From: Chrysochromulina tobinii
Lineage: Eukaryota
Direction of reading: 5' to 3'
Assembly (NCBI GenBank): GCA_001275005.1
Contig: JWZX01002772.1
Span: forward strand, 1-42,383
DNA: 42,383 nt
The notes under the pieces were generated by a model, which worked only from the letters and a program-made list of their open reading frames with translations, ran no database searches and was not told the origin of the DNA. Position numbers and translations under genes: made by a program. This document shows, piece by piece, positions 1 to 11,219 of this stretch. Position 1 is the stretch's first letter; every line of letters begins with the position of its first letter.

Positions 1-568
1 CCCCCCCCCCCTCGTCATAGGTGTAGGTCTGGAAGTTTTCGGGACTCAAACTTTTCTGCGGTGTGAATGTTAATGCCTGTCAAGTTTGTTGTCCACGTGT
101 CATGGCCGCATTTTGCCGATCTTTCATGACTCATGCCAAAAAAGATACGGCAATATTCGACCTTCACACGCCGACATCCCCTTCAAATTTCCCCCAACCG
201 CAATTGTGAATTGAGGGGGTCGTGCCAATGTCGAATGTGTAGGTAGCTTGGTAAGTTACAAATCTCTCTTTCTCATATTTGTTTCTCCTATTCTCAATTC
301 TGTTGAGAATGATTCTGTTTCTGATTTTTCTGAACTCCGCCCAGATAGCAAGGTGCGGTGCCTGTGCGGCTGTGGCAGGGCCAGGGGCGTGACGCGGTGT
401 GCACTCTCCCGCGAGAGAAAAGTCAAAAGAAGAGAAAAGCAAAAGGGGGGCGCCGGGAGGGGGTGACCTAGGGGTGACCTTTGGCTTTGGGCTCTAGACG
501 AGACTCAATCACGTGCTATTCGCAGACCTGTTTCTAGGCTACCTGGAAGCTGGACACTATTCTGTTTA

Positions 569-2581
569 CTATTTCCCAGCCTTGAGCGCTATTTTAATGC
601 CTTTTGCAGCGGCGCCGACGGCGCGTTTCGTCCATGTTTTCGTCTCTCCGGCGAGGATCTTCTTCAAGGCGCTGGGCCCGCTGCCTAAAAGTGCGGCCCC
701 ATCCTTCTCGGCGTATAGGTCGGCGTAAAGCCCCTCACGTGCGTCCTGCAGCTCGGCGTGACGGCTCTTCCACCTGGCGGCAGCTTGAAGGGAGAGAAGA
801 TCGTGGATTTCCCCCTGGAGCCGTTCGGGGTCAAGATCATCGATCGACTCGCCCGTCTCGGCGAGCCGCTCCTCGAGTGCCCCCCTGGCCAGCGCCAGGT
901 TGAACTTGCGCACTAGCTCCGGGTGCGCCGCCGCGAGTAGCTCAAGCTCCGAGTAGAGAATCGTGCCGATGTACCCGCTGGAGAGCGCGATCACATCGGC
1001 GGCTCGCCGTTGGGACGAGAAGAGGGAGCGCTCGCCGAAGAGAGCCCCCTTGTGCAGCCGGCGCGCCCCAAAGCCCCCCCCCTTACTCGTGCGCACGCCG
1101 AGCTCGCCCTGTAGCAGGATCGCAAGGAAGGTTCCGGGCTCTCCAATGCGCATCATGTAGTCGCCCTTGCGAAACTTGGTCACGAGCAGACGGTGCTGGC
1201 CCTGTGTGTTGCCGTGCTGCAGCTTGCGCATCTCCTCCTGCGAATAATCGTGGAACCATACTGAGTACTTCTGCACGTTGAGCAGCAGTTTGAGAGCGAG
1301 GGCGTCCTCCACAAATCGGCCCTCCGTTGTGGCCTCCGCGGCCGCCCCCATCTCGATCGAGAGGGCAGCCTCCTCAGCGACCTGCTCCATGAAGGGCGTC
1401 ACGGGCGTACCCCAGCCAAGGTAGTGCAAGGGCGGCTGCCCGTAACGGTCGCGCACCTGCGTCGACTGCTCCGAGACGCGCAGCATCACGCGCAGGTGCT
1501 GGTCGCTGAACGCTCCAGAGAGCACCAGCTCATGCAGAGGCACCTGCCCGAGCTTATTCGGTGTCTCGGCATACGCACGAGCACGCTCGGTGCCGCACGC
1601 GTCAAGGAAGGCCTGCAGCAAGTTCATGGAGAGGGCACGGTTGCGCGCGAGGTAGTGCAGCGGCAGGTTGCCTGCAATGTCTTTAGCCTCCGCCGCGCCC
1701 GAGAAGGCTCCGAGGAGGATCGCTAGAAGCTCCTTCGTGAGGGAGGGGTTGCGTGCCAAAAAGTGCAGCGGCAGCTTGCCGAATCGGTTGGCGGTGCGCG
1801 CGGCGGCCGGATAGCATTTGAGGAGCGTCGTTAGCATCGGCGCGGTCACGCCGTACCTTCGGCACAGCATGCTCAGCGGCGGCGTGCCGTGCCGATCGGG
1901 CTGACGCGCCTGCTTCGGATTGCATTTGAGGAGCAGATTCAGCATCTGCTCGTCCATCGCTTCGTTGGACAGCAGCAGGTGCAGACACGAGCGCCCCGTG
2001 GCCTCGTCGACCTCCTTTTCGTCGCACTGCGCGGGCTCCTGCGTGATCGAGCGCTCGAGCTCCTCGAACGTGACCTCCGGATCGGCGCACAGTTCCATGA
2101 GCGGAGGCGCCTTGCCGTTCCTCACCTCGATGTGCACGTCGGCGCCGACCCCTTTTAACCCGCGCTCGTCGAGCAGCTCGAGCCACTCATCGGCAATCAC
2201 AGATTCGTGAATCACGTCAAAAATGTTGAGCGTGCTCTGGCCGATGAGCACGTCCTCGAAGACGTCCTCGTGCCATACGGAGACAACGAGCTCTTCCCGC
2301 ATGCCTCGGCCGAAGACGCATCTCAGCGTGAGTGTCTGGTTCCAGCACGGATCGGTCGTCGAGTGCTGAACGGCAGTCTGCGAGCGCACGCCTGCACATT
2401 CGACCACAACGAACGCGTTGGTCAGCGAGGACACATCCTTGACGGGCAGGTTGTGCGCCTCCTTGACGATGATGACCAGCGGCATGAGGCCCATATAGTT
2501 CCGGTGGACTGCGACATCGTCTGGTCTGTGGAAATTCTCCGATGCTGAGCCGGAGGCCGCAGTGCCTGCCGAAGCCAACAT
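569..2581 (-). CDS. C2 domain + ankyrin-like repeats + cyclic nucleotide-binding domain protein
   Basis: ORF 569..2632, first ATG at 2581. C2 motifs (EAHNLPVKD...NAFVVV...DPCWNQ...VWHED...LIGQ); ankyrin-like repeats (GKLPLHFLA, GNLPLHYLA, GQVPLHEL, GQPPLHYL); cNMP cassette LFGERSLFSSQRRAADV. Confidence 0.85.
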   Translation of the reverse strand: MLASAGTAASGSASENFHRPDDVAVHRNYMGLMPLVIIVKEAHNLPVKDVSSLTNAFVVVECAGVRSQTAVQHSTTDPCWNQTLTLRCVFGRGMREELVVSVWHEDVFEDVLIGQSTLNIFDVIHESVIADEWLELLDERGLKGVGADVHIEVRNGKAPPLMELCADPEVTFEELERSITQEPAQCDEKEVDEATGRSCLHLLLSNEAMDEQMLNLLLKCNPKQARQPDRHGTPPLSMLCRRYGVTAPMLTTLLKCYPAAARTANRFGKLPLHFLARNPSLTKELLAILLGAFSGAAEAKDIAGNLPLHYLARNRALSMNLLQAFLDACGTERARAYAETPNKLGQVPLHELVLSGAFSDQHLRVMLRVSEQSTQVRDRYGQPPLHYLGWGTPVTPFMEQVAEEAALSIEMGAAAEATTEGRFVEDALALKLLLNVQKYSVWFHDYSQEEMRKLQHGNTQGQHRLLVTKFRKGDYMMRIGEPGTFLAILLQGELGVRTSKGGGFGARRLHKGALFGERSLFSSQRRAADVIALSSGYIGTILYSELELLAAAHPELVRKFNLALARGALEERLAETGESIDDLDPERLQGEIHDLLSLQAAARWKSRHAELQDAREGLYADLYAEKDGAALLGSGPSALKKILAGETKTWTKRAVGAAAKGIKIALKAGK

Positions 2582-2730
2582 ATTTCTCTCTTTGAGCGTT
2601 GCGGAATTTTTCGAAAAATGCTTTTCGATCAAATGGGGCCGGGCACCGTATCCGGAGCCTACGCTGTGAGCACACAGAGCGCAGAGAGGTGCACGGACTA
2701 CACATCACTGGGGAAAGAGTGTGTTCGTCA

Positions 2731-3585
2731 TCAGACGATATTATCACTTTCATCCCTCCTTCGAGAAGGGTTCAGAGCGCGCAGGAGCGCCGCGCCCAGA
2801 TCGTCGCTGCCCGCGTCCGGTTCTCCACGCGATCGCGGGACGAAGGAGCGTTGGCGCTGCGCTGGCGGCATAACAGCGGCGCCCCCGGCGACGCCAGCAC
2901 CGCTGGTCCCACTCGCCTCATCGCTAGGCGCTGACAGGGGCCGCTCGAAGAGCATCACAATGGACTCGACGCCCCGCTCGAGCGTGTTCGCCGTCAGCGC
3001 GTCCGTCACTTGCTGGTGCGGCCGGCCGTCAGCGACGAAGAGCACCTTGGTCGGCCGTGTCTGCGCAAAACCTCCGAGCTCTGCGGTGGCCCGTTGGAAG
3101 AGCGTTCCCAACCAGTCCTCGGTGCGCCCGGCCGCCTTGGCGCCAACCGCCGGCGGCACCGTGCCGCGATAGCCCGCGCCGTAGCACACACGCTTTTGCG
3201 TGGAATCGTAACGCAGCTCGGGGGTGCTGCACGCGCGCAGGACATCGCCGACTTGCAGGCCGTTGCCCGCCTCGACGACCTTGACAACTCCCTGCATAGG
3301 CTCCGCCTCCAGCGCGAAGGGAAGCGGGTAGCGCACTGTCAACAGCTCCGAGCGTGTGAACAGCGCAGGGAGGTCGCCGTCAACGATGCCACTGCCCTCG
3401 CCGAGGTCGACCGAAATCTCAAACGACGCGCGCTCGGCCGACGACCCGCGCGCTCTCAGCAGCGGCAGGCGGCTGCGAGCCTGCCTGGGCATGCACGATT
3501 GCACGCTGCCGCGCGCCGAGGTCGTGAGGCCGCCACAATTGGTGGCCGTCAGAAGCAACAACGACTTGATGGAGCACCGCAACAT
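2731..3585 (-). CDS. Hypothetical protein with N-terminal signal/plastid-targeting-like leader, possible degenerate PDZ-like region
   Basis: 284 aa ATG ORF; hydrophobic leader (SLLLLTATNC) followed by an Arg/Ser-rich stretch; GLQVGDVLRACS resembles a PDZ-like motif. Confidence 0.6.
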   Translation of the reverse strand: MLRCSIKSLLLLTATNCGGLTTSARGSVQSCMPRQARSRLPLLRARGSSAERASFEISVDLGEGSGIVDGDLPALFTRSELLTVRYPLPFALEAEPMQGVVKVVEAGNGLQVGDVLRACSTPELRYDSTQKRVCYGAGYRGTVPPAVGAKAAGRTEDWLGTLFQRATAELGGFAQTRPTKVLFVADGRPHQQVTDALTANTLERGVESIVMLFERPLSAPSDEASGTSGAGVAGGAAVMPPAQRQRSFVPRSRGEPDAGSDDLGAALLRALNPSRRRDESDNIV

Positions 3586-4307
3586 TTCCCGGGGTTCACG
3601 CCCGAGAGATGACCTTTTCGCAGGGAGTGAGTATGCTCAAGTCAAGTGAAGTCGTACGTGGCGCTCCCTGCTACTGTCGCTACGAACCGTTGAGGCCCCA
3701 AGCATTCGAGCACAAGGAGAGCTATCTGACGCTGCAGTGCAGGCAGATAGGAAACTAACCCTAACCCGTGCAGGCACATGCGGTTCAGACGAACAGGGGC
3801 GGGATTCTTGCGGGATTGTGGACCGATGTATTTGTCGTGGTCTCGTGGACGTTTGGGTGGGGCTTCGAGATCAGATTCCCGATCGGCCGCCGATCCTCGG
3901 GGGATCGGACAAGCCGGATTAAGCTCTGGCACAGGGGACTCCCATCCTTCCAAAACTTTTCGCCGACGCTTTCTCTCACGAAAAGGTCAGCTCTGAAAAT
4001 CTCCGGCCACGCGCCCTCGTGGAGTTTGGGGGTTTGTGTTCTGCGTTGCGTTGGAGGGCACAAGACGGAACGGAACGGAACCTGTCCAAAGGTGCGGGTG
4101 GCTGCTGCTCCTCGTCCGTGCCTCGGCCTTGCTCTGCCTCGTGCGATGATGCATCACAAAAACGAAAATCAAAATCAACGATCGCCGTGCAGTACAACAT
4201 TTTGAATTGAGCACATTTGGCAGCGCGCCTACATGGCACAAAATTACGCCGCCCATATCCAACCCCGCTCACATGCCTGCACTTGGCGTGCGCACAGGTG
4301 CTCGGGC

Positions 4308-4976
4308 ATGACACGGGCAGCCGACGAAGTGTCGCCCTACGATGTGCTCGGCGTGAGCGTCGACGCCACCGCGGACGAGCTGCGACATGCATACCAACGC
4401 TTGGCTCGGTTGTACCATCCTGACCGAGCACATGCTGACCGGCAGAGCAGTGACAGCGGCGTTGGTTGCAGCAGCAGCAGCAGCAGTAATAGCCACGATG
4501 CATTCGTAAGCGCGCAGCGCGCGTATGAGCAGCTGCGCGATCCTGAGGTGCGGCAGCGACTGGACGCAATCGAGCGCGCTGCTCAACTCGAGAGCGCAGG
4601 CGCCGCTGCGCGTGAGCTCGAGGTAGATCTCGATGAGATGACGTATGCCGAGGAAGAGGCGGCACAGGAGGAGGCCGCGGAGTGGGCGGTGGAATGGGGA
4701 GCGAAAGCGGCAGCGGAGGCCGAGACGGAGGCGGCCGAAGTGGCCGAGGTGGTAGCTCCCGCTGCGAATACGATCGAGGCTCGGAGCGCACAGCGCGGCG
4801 ACAGCGCGAAACGGCGTATGACGGGCGTCATGACGGGCGTCTGGCGCTACGAATGCCGCTGCGGCGACGAGTTCGTCTTGCGTGAGGCGCAGCTCGCCGC
4901 GGGCATCGACGTGTTGCAGTGCAAGAGCTGCAGCTACTCGTTGCGGCCGCTTTATTGCCGGGTGGACGACGGCTAG
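4308..4976 (+). CDS. DPH4: DnaJ domain + CSL zinc finger protein (diphthamide biosynthesis DPH4/DNAJC24 type)
   Basis: J-domain (PYDVLGV...LYHPD...AYEQLRDPEVRQRLD) followed by VDLDEM and a CSL finger YECRCG...CKSCS. Probable start ATG 4308 (alternative 4233). Confidence 0.85.
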   Translation: MTRAADEVSPYDVLGVSVDATADELRHAYQRLARLYHPDRAHADRQSSDSGVGCSSSSSSNSHDAFVSAQRAYEQLRDPEVRQRLDAIERAAQLESAGAAARELEVDLDEMTYAEEEAAQEEAAEWAVEWGAKAAAEAETEAAEVAEVVAPAANTIEARSAQRGDSAKRRMTGVMTGVWRYECRCGDEFVLREAQLAAGIDVLQCKSCSYSLRPLYCRVDDG

Positions 4977-5175
4977 GGCAAATGAGCAAGGACAGCCCAG
5001 GATTCGGAGTGGCCGTAGACCATTTGGCACTTGGAATTTGGATCTTTAAGCGTCTCCTTCACAGCTTCGGCCGTTTTTCGTGCGTGAAACGGTGTGCGTC
5101 TGACGCGAAAAAAGTTTAGAGGTACAATTGGGCGTTCTCCTCACTTGCAAGTCGCGCACACGGAGAGGAAGCAAG

Positions 5176-6357
5176 ATGCCGGGCGCGATGAACAAGATGG
5201 CGTCAAAGGCGCTCTCGGGCTCCGCGAAGTTCGAGCTGGGCAACTCTTCGATGGAGTACGACGCCGCGCTCGATGCGATGACCATCGACGCCGACCATGA
5301 GAACGAGCTTGGCATGGAGGGCTTGGACATGTACGCGAACAAGCTCGCCGCGCTCAGTGGGATGGGCGACCGCCTGTCGATCGACGTCGACGGCGATGGT
5401 GTCCAGGATGGCATCGATATTGACGGCGACGGCACCATCGACATCGACGCGAGCAAGCCCGGCCAGATGATGAAGTACTCCGAGTTCAAGGCGCCCGGCC
5501 TCTCGGTGAAGACGGGCAAGTCAATCTTCCAGGACCCGTACTGCGAGCTGACCGACTACCAGAAGGAGTCGAATGGCATCGTTCCCGGCTACGCGGGCCA
5601 TATTCCCCGCGCGCGCGACAAGTACGGCGGTGCCGCGATTGGCGGCTGCTCGCCCGCTCTGCAGCCTGGTGGCGTCGATACCCACATCGGGCCTCAGGGT
5701 AAGCACAACAAGCGCGACTGCCTCGGCAACGGGTACGGCAGCGATGGCTTTCCGCTTAAGGGCGCTGCGGTCGAGCCCGTCTACGACAACTTCAATGCCG
5801 CCCGAGGCGGCATCATGCCTGGCTACGGCGGCTTCCGGCCAGGCGCGCGCGACGAGTGTGGATACGCCACCGTCGGCGGCATCAACCGCTTCGGCCCGTC
5901 TTACAACCGGCCGGAGCCGACGGAGGCACAGACGGCGACCCAGCACGCCAAGCCGACGTACGTTGGCGTTGCCAAGGGCGTGGTGCCTGGCTACACGGGC
6001 TACTTGCCTACGGCTAAGGAGAAGTACGGGATCTCGCACTACGGCAGTATCCCGAAGACCGAGCTTGCGCAGACTGGCCACAAGGACGTCAAGGGCGACA
6101 AGGCGATCTTGGTGGGCAAGAACTACATATCTGGCTACTCGGGGCACATCCCCGTCGCGAGGGATACCTTTGGCGGCGCTCACTACGGCATTGAGGCAAA
6201 GGGATCGCCTGAGGACTACAAGAAGGCCGCGCCAAAGCGTAACCTGCACGACATGCGTGACGTCGTGGGCGACGGCGTGGACTGCATCTACGGCTCGACG
6301 GGCGTCTACCACGAGGGTGCCGCCGTTGGCAAACACTACTATGCAGGATCTTTCTAG
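5176..6357 (+). CDS. FAM166/CIMIP2-like ciliary microtubule inner protein (PGYxGxxP repeats)
   Basis: Four motifs VPGYAGHIP, MPGYGGFRP, VPGYTGYLP and ISGYSGHIP, mostly followed by R/K-D/E-x-Y/F-G; strongly GC3-biased codons; first ATG 5176. Confidence 0.7.
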   Translation: MPGAMNKMASKALSGSAKFELGNSSMEYDAALDAMTIDADHENELGMEGLDMYANKLAALSGMGDRLSIDVDGDGVQDGIDIDGDGTIDIDASKPGQMMKYSEFKAPGLSVKTGKSIFQDPYCELTDYQKESNGIVPGYAGHIPRARDKYGGAAIGGCSPALQPGGVDTHIGPQGKHNKRDCLGNGYGSDGFPLKGAAVEPVYDNFNAARGGIMPGYGGFRPGARDECGYATVGGINRFGPSYNRPEPTEAQTATQHAKPTYVGVAKGVVPGYTGYLPTAKEKYGISHYGSIPKTELAQTGHKDVKGDKAILVGKNYISGYSGHIPVARDTFGGAHYGIEAKGSPEDYKKAAPKRNLHDMRDVVGDGVDCIYGSTGVYHEGAAVGKHYYAGSF

Positions 6358-7940
6358 TTTCGGATCGCGAGCATGGGCTACCGGTATGGGCTACCGATGT
6401 CCGCCGCATTTGGAGCGCTCTGAGCCGAGCGCCTGCAGCAGACGATGATAGTGCCGTTTATGAAGTGGCATGTAGTGGTGGCATCTAGTTGACTCGGTCG
6501 AGGCTCATCACTCCACTTGCATGAGGCAAGGTAACGTGAGCCGCAGTGGGGCAACCAGGTGCCGCCGGACTCATGAGCGTGCATGCCGAATCATCAGCAT
6601 GAGAGTATGAGAGTGTGACCGTGCGATATCGATGGGCGGCATGGCCCTGTCCCAGTGCGCGCGCACAGCCGCCGTCGACAGGCGCCGGGCGGTGTGACTC
6701 GGCGGTAACTGCTCGGTCTCGCCGTGGGTGCTCTCTCTCAGCTCTATGCTTTCGTTTTGGAGCCATGGAGCGTGATTTAGTGTGTATCAGTGTATGTGGC
6801 AGAACCCGATAACCCGTGCCGGTGGTGGGCGGGCGGGGCGGCGGGCGTGGAAGTGTATGGTCGTGCTCGTGCTGGCGGGGAGCATGGTGTGACTCACAGT
6901 GTACGTTCATATCACAGAAAAAAGCGCGGCATGTAAAGCCCCCATGCCCAATCTGCTCGCGCGTCGCGGTAAACCAAGTCACTCTGCATGGTCCTAGTAC
7001 CGAAATGCGACCAAAACGCGACCTCACAGGCCGTACTCGAGGTCACAATATGACATCTGAGTGGCGACAGTCGCTTGATATGGCGTGATTCTCTGTATTT
7101 TATGAGTCCATATAGTCCCTAGACTCGATCTATGGCCCTCCAGCTATGTGCTGTCTCGCGATCTTTGGAGATGTGCATCGAAATCCGACTTCGCCTCGAA
7201 TATCGACCCGTCGTGAACCATTTGACCCTACAGCTCAAGAATTCGAGCTCCAAAACACATTCTCTCGCCTGTTCTCGGTAGTGTACCATAGAGTGGTGTG
7301 CGATCCTAAGATGAAGAGTGGTTGACGTTATGTATGACGCACATTGCAGTACGGAACCTACATTATGCACACAAGTTGCCCTGTACGACACACGCGAGTA
7401 TGCTCTATGCACAGTGCTCCCCTACGCTAGAAGAGTGATGCTCTCCGATCATCAGCCCGGTCGGGATATCTCACGAGGCGACTCCGGCATGCCGTGAGCC
7501 GCCCATGCGACGCTATCCGCGCTGTCCTGGAGCCATCTGCTGTCCTGCGCATCGTGCGCTGCGGGCGTGCTGCAGCCACATCCGGTTCTGCGACGAGCTG
7601 ATCGCCGACGCGTTGAACCCACTGCCCCGAGAATGTGGCGCCTCAGCCCACCAGCTGGCTGCGGCGGATGCTCCGTGCGCGGCAAGCCGCGCAGATGCCT
7701 TCGGGTGCGACACCAATGCCCTTGTGCTGTTCCCAGAGGCCGCAGCACCGGCCTCGGCGTCGCCGGCTTCGCGATTCGCTCTCGCCGTGATCGGCATCGA
7801 CCACGGGCGTCGCCTCGAAGCCCAAACGGGCCGATCCGAGCGCGTCTGAAGCCGCCAGGGCGTCACCGACAGCGACGCGCACACGCCATGATCGTCTGGT
7901 ACCAGACGAGGCTTGCGGACTGAGGGCGTGACGTGGGCCT

Positions 7941-10122
7941 TTAACTGATCCTCGCTCTAGCAGAACCAGCTCCAAAGCACCGCCTCGCGACAATCGTCAC
8001 GAAGCAGAGGCACAGGGCGAGGCTGCTCTGCGCGACGCTCGCGCGCGGCGCGGCGCCCGAGGTGAGCTCGACGACCAGCACGGGCGGCGGCGGCGGCAGC
8101 AGCGCGGGGGTGTTGCCGAGCCCAAAGTGGTAATAGTCCTTCGGGCAGAAGCCTAGGAAACGGTTGCACTCAAAGGACGCGGGCGCCCGCGGCGGCTCGA
8201 TGAGGATCGGCAGCAGGTCGAATTCCGCAAACCGGCCGGGGAGCGAGGCGATCGAGATGTACCAGTCGCCCGCGCGCCGCTCCGTGCCGACGGCCCCATC
8301 ACTCGGCGCCATCCACGGCGTGGGCCCGAACGCAATGTCGAGCTTCGCCGAGGAGGAGTAGATCGGTGAGCCATAGAATTCGTCAAAGACGGTCAGCCAA
8401 GACATCTCGCAGTGCTCGGTGCCACACTGGGCGCCGCGGATATCGACCGCCGGCGCCGCGCACGCCCCGTGCTTCAGAAAGAGCGCGCGCACCATGCCGC
8501 CCGTCAGGTTGAACTCAACTGCAAGGGCATGGGTCTCGGGAACGTGCGGCATCACGAACGACTTGACGGCGCCGCAGCACACGTAGCCCCCGCCGCCCCG
8601 AGCGCGGCTGCGCACCAGCTGGCCGGAGACGGCCGTCGCGTTCTGCAGCTCGGCACGCAGCTCAAACTCCGTGGGCCGCAGCAGCACGCCCTCGGTCAGC
8701 AGCGCCGTCGTCTGGTCTGCGAGCCGCACCTGGACTTCATAAGAAGTCCCGTTACGCATCGCGCATGGGCTCACGCTTACCGCGCTCAGCGGCGGCGTGG
8801 CCTCAATCCAATCGCATCCCTGACAGCGCGCGCGTAGTGACGACACGTTGGCGCCGCGCACCTCGACGTACAAGTTGGCGTTGCCGATGCCCGTCGACGC
8901 CAGCGTATAGTTGCGGATCTGCCCGTAGTTGACGCAGCCTGTACGCCGACGAAGGCGATCAGAGGCGATCCGAGACGATCAGAGGCGATCGGAGGCAATC
9001 GGAGGCGATCAGGGAGGCGTTCCGATGCAATCAGAGGCAATCCGAGGCAATCAGGGCCGCCCCACCAGGACGAGTCGTCTCGAGCGCGAGATTGCCCGAG
9101 ATCGGGCCGCTGACGAATTTCGCGTGGCGCACGTAGAGGGTGAAACGGCCGCGCCCTTGCCGCGCCACGCCCTGGCATTGGCCCAGGGCACACATGGCGA
9201 GCTCTGCCGTTGCGGTATTCAGCTCTGCTCCGAAGCCACCCTCTGAGGTGCGTCCAGCCACCACCGCGATAGTGTACGTGCCTGCCTGCGGCGCGACGGT
9301 GCAGAAGTACTCGATCTCGGCCTGCGCAGTCCGGTTGGTGAACACACGCCTCTGGTCGAAGCGAGCCGGCGGCGGCCTGGACAGCATCGAGCCCGTGCCC
9401 ACATAGAGCGATCCGACGAAGCCCCGCCCTCCATTCGAGTTGCCGTTGGCAAAGGTGAGGTTCTCTCCAGTCCGTACGAGGCGCACCTGCAGAACGTCGT
9501 ACCCGCTCACGGGCACGGTGAAGTATTGCCGGCACGTCTCCACGCCCCCCACGTTCGTGCCATCGCACGGCGCGAGGGCCGACTCGATGACCGTCCGCCC
9601 GGGTACAATCACACGCGGCAACGCCCTCACCGAGAGTTTGAACGACGTCTGGGCGACGTTGATGATCTGCGGCGCGTTGAGGCTGCCCGGAGACGGACGT
9701 ACGCCGACGATGATGCGGTCGAGCGGTGGGTAATGCAGCCCGCCCGGGTTCGTCTGGTTGAACCCGTAGGATGCCGTGATGCGAGGCAGGTTCTCATACC
9801 TCAGCACGTACGAGCAGCACGAGCACTCCTCGTTCTGTATCCAACATTCTGGATCACCAAAGTCGATGGGCCCGGCCACTTGGCTCACTGGATCGCCCGG
9901 AATCGTGCCGTTCACCATGATCACGTCGAATCGCACCCACACTTGCTCACCGGCGATTGGCTGAAGTGTCTCCGAGTCGACCGTGACCACTGCATTGTGG
10001 GAGGTGTTATTCTCGTCGAGGCGGAGCTCGAACCACGACCATCTGTAGGAGGAGCCGCCCGTTCCCGTGATGACTTTCGTCACCGTCTCGCCCGACGTCA
10101 GCTGCTGCCACGTTTGCGCCAT
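7941..10122 (-). CDS. Cys-containing, probably surface-anchored hypothetical protein; 2 exons (10122..9066, 8938..7941)
   Basis: ORFs 9031..10176 and 7941..8873 join in frame (RP-G|GC-VNYGQ) on removal of the GT..AG intron 9065..8939. The C-terminus is Pro-rich then hydrophobic (GPI-signal/TM-like). Start codon uncertain. Confidence 0.7.
8939..9065 (-). other. Spliceosomal intron (127 nt) made of ~10-nt CTGAT(T/C)GCCT-type repeats
   Basis: GTGGGG...TACAG; removal restores the frame between the two long ORFs. Confidence 0.8.
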
Positions 10123-10402
10123 GTCAACACCCAAGACAGATAGGCGGCAAGCGCCACGGCGAAAAGGCGCACACACACGAAAAACGCCCGAGACGGCGCT
10201 TTCAAAAGTACTCTACACGGCCTGGAGCCCACGTTTAACGTTTTATCCCATTTTTCCTCAGGCATGTTGAGCATCTTGTCGAGTTGCGCCGCTGACGTGA
10301 TCGCAGGTGCGAGGTGCAAGGCCAGCCGCTCCGGATCCGAATCGACACAAAGCACAATCGTGCGCGCTCGAACCTCGAGTCGCTGAAAGTTCTTTACTAG
10401 AC

Positions 10403-10525
10403 TTTTTATTTATTTCGATTGCCGCATAGCTGCGCCGAACCGGACTCTTTCCCCACAAGCCGCACGGGACGTACAAATAAGTAAAACGTCCCGACTGGGC
10501 GCCACTGCGCACTGGCCGGACTGCG
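10403..10525 (-). mobile_element. Possible 3' end remnant of a retroposon (hairpin + AAATAAATAAAAA tail)
   Basis: Perfect 7-bp stem GGGACGT/ACGTCCC (10466-10492) and an A-rich tail on the minus strand (10403-10415), in intergenic DNA. Confidence 0.3.
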
Positions 10526-10616
10526 TGTCATGTGGCGGCAGGCGGGGAGTATCTGTATGTTCCTGAAAGTTCCTGAGATGGTTCCTGAAGTTCGCCCCGA
10601 CGAGAGCGCGCCGCAG

Positions 10617-11219
10617 CTATCGCGTGATACTCCTCCGCGAGCCCCCGAAAGCTGGCTCGTTGAATGCGCGCTCCTCCAGCTCCTCCCTGCGCATCATAGT
10701 TTGCGACATCTTGACCTTCACATTCTTGATGTGGGCCTGGATGCTCTGTGCATGGAGCGCCTCGAGGGCCCTCGCGTCTGCCTCACGTTTGAGAATGTAC
10801 GTGTGGCCCGGGCCTGCGTCGAGACGAGGCAAATCGGTCCACATACGGTAGTCCAACTCTTCCGGCGGCGTTGGGCGCGTCACGATGGCCAGGTGGTGGC
10901 GGATCTGCGGCGTGTTGTTGATGCCGGGCCAGCGGTAGTCAGGGCCCCATTTGTTCAGCGAGCTTGCGAGGCCAGGAGTTTGCCCAATGTGCGGTCGGTA
11001 CTTGTAAAAGTTCCAGTCCTTGATCATGCGGCCTGGGTCCTCAGGGCTGCCGAGCTTTGGCAATGGCGGTGCGGAGTTCAGCCGCTCGCCACCGACGCCC
11101 GCCTTCATCACGTCCAGCCGCCCCTGCGCAAAGCCCAGGTGTTGGGACCACAGCGCCTTTGCCGCTTCCGACGCCTTTGCCCCAGGCGGTTTCGAGAATA
11201 CGAGCGTGGCGGTGACCAT
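10617..11219 (-). CDS. Hypothetical protein (~200 aa)
   Basis: ORF 10617..11348; probable start ATG 11219 (MVTATLVF); coding-like codon usage; no recognised domain. Confidence 0.65.
   Translation of the reverse strand: MVTATLVFSKPPGAKASEAAKALWSQHLGFAQGRLDVMKAGVGGERLNSAPPLPKLGSPEDPGRMIKDWNFYKYRPHIGQTPGLASSLNKWGPDYRWPGINNTPQIRHHLAIVTRPTPPEELDYRMWTDLPRLDAGPGHTYILKREADARALEALHAQSIQAHIKNVKVKMSQTMMRREELEERAFNEPAFGGSRRSITR

Noticed and set aside
1..500. AT-richer segment with poly-C start, GGGGTGACCT duplication and short ORFs
   Set aside because: No recognisable protein or termini; at most an unclassifiable repeat remnant.
3755..3767. CTAACCCTAACCC telomere-like motif
   Set aside because: Only two units; too short to call an interstitial telomere.
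7505..7849. GC-rich ORF that looks like a gene 3' fragment
   Set aside because: No recognisable domain, and several overlapping frames are equally open.
10098..10175. Signal-peptide-like VRLFAVALAAYLSWVLT in a frame adjacent to the 7941-10122 gene
   Set aside because: No nearby ATG and it would need a frameshift; unsupported without reads.
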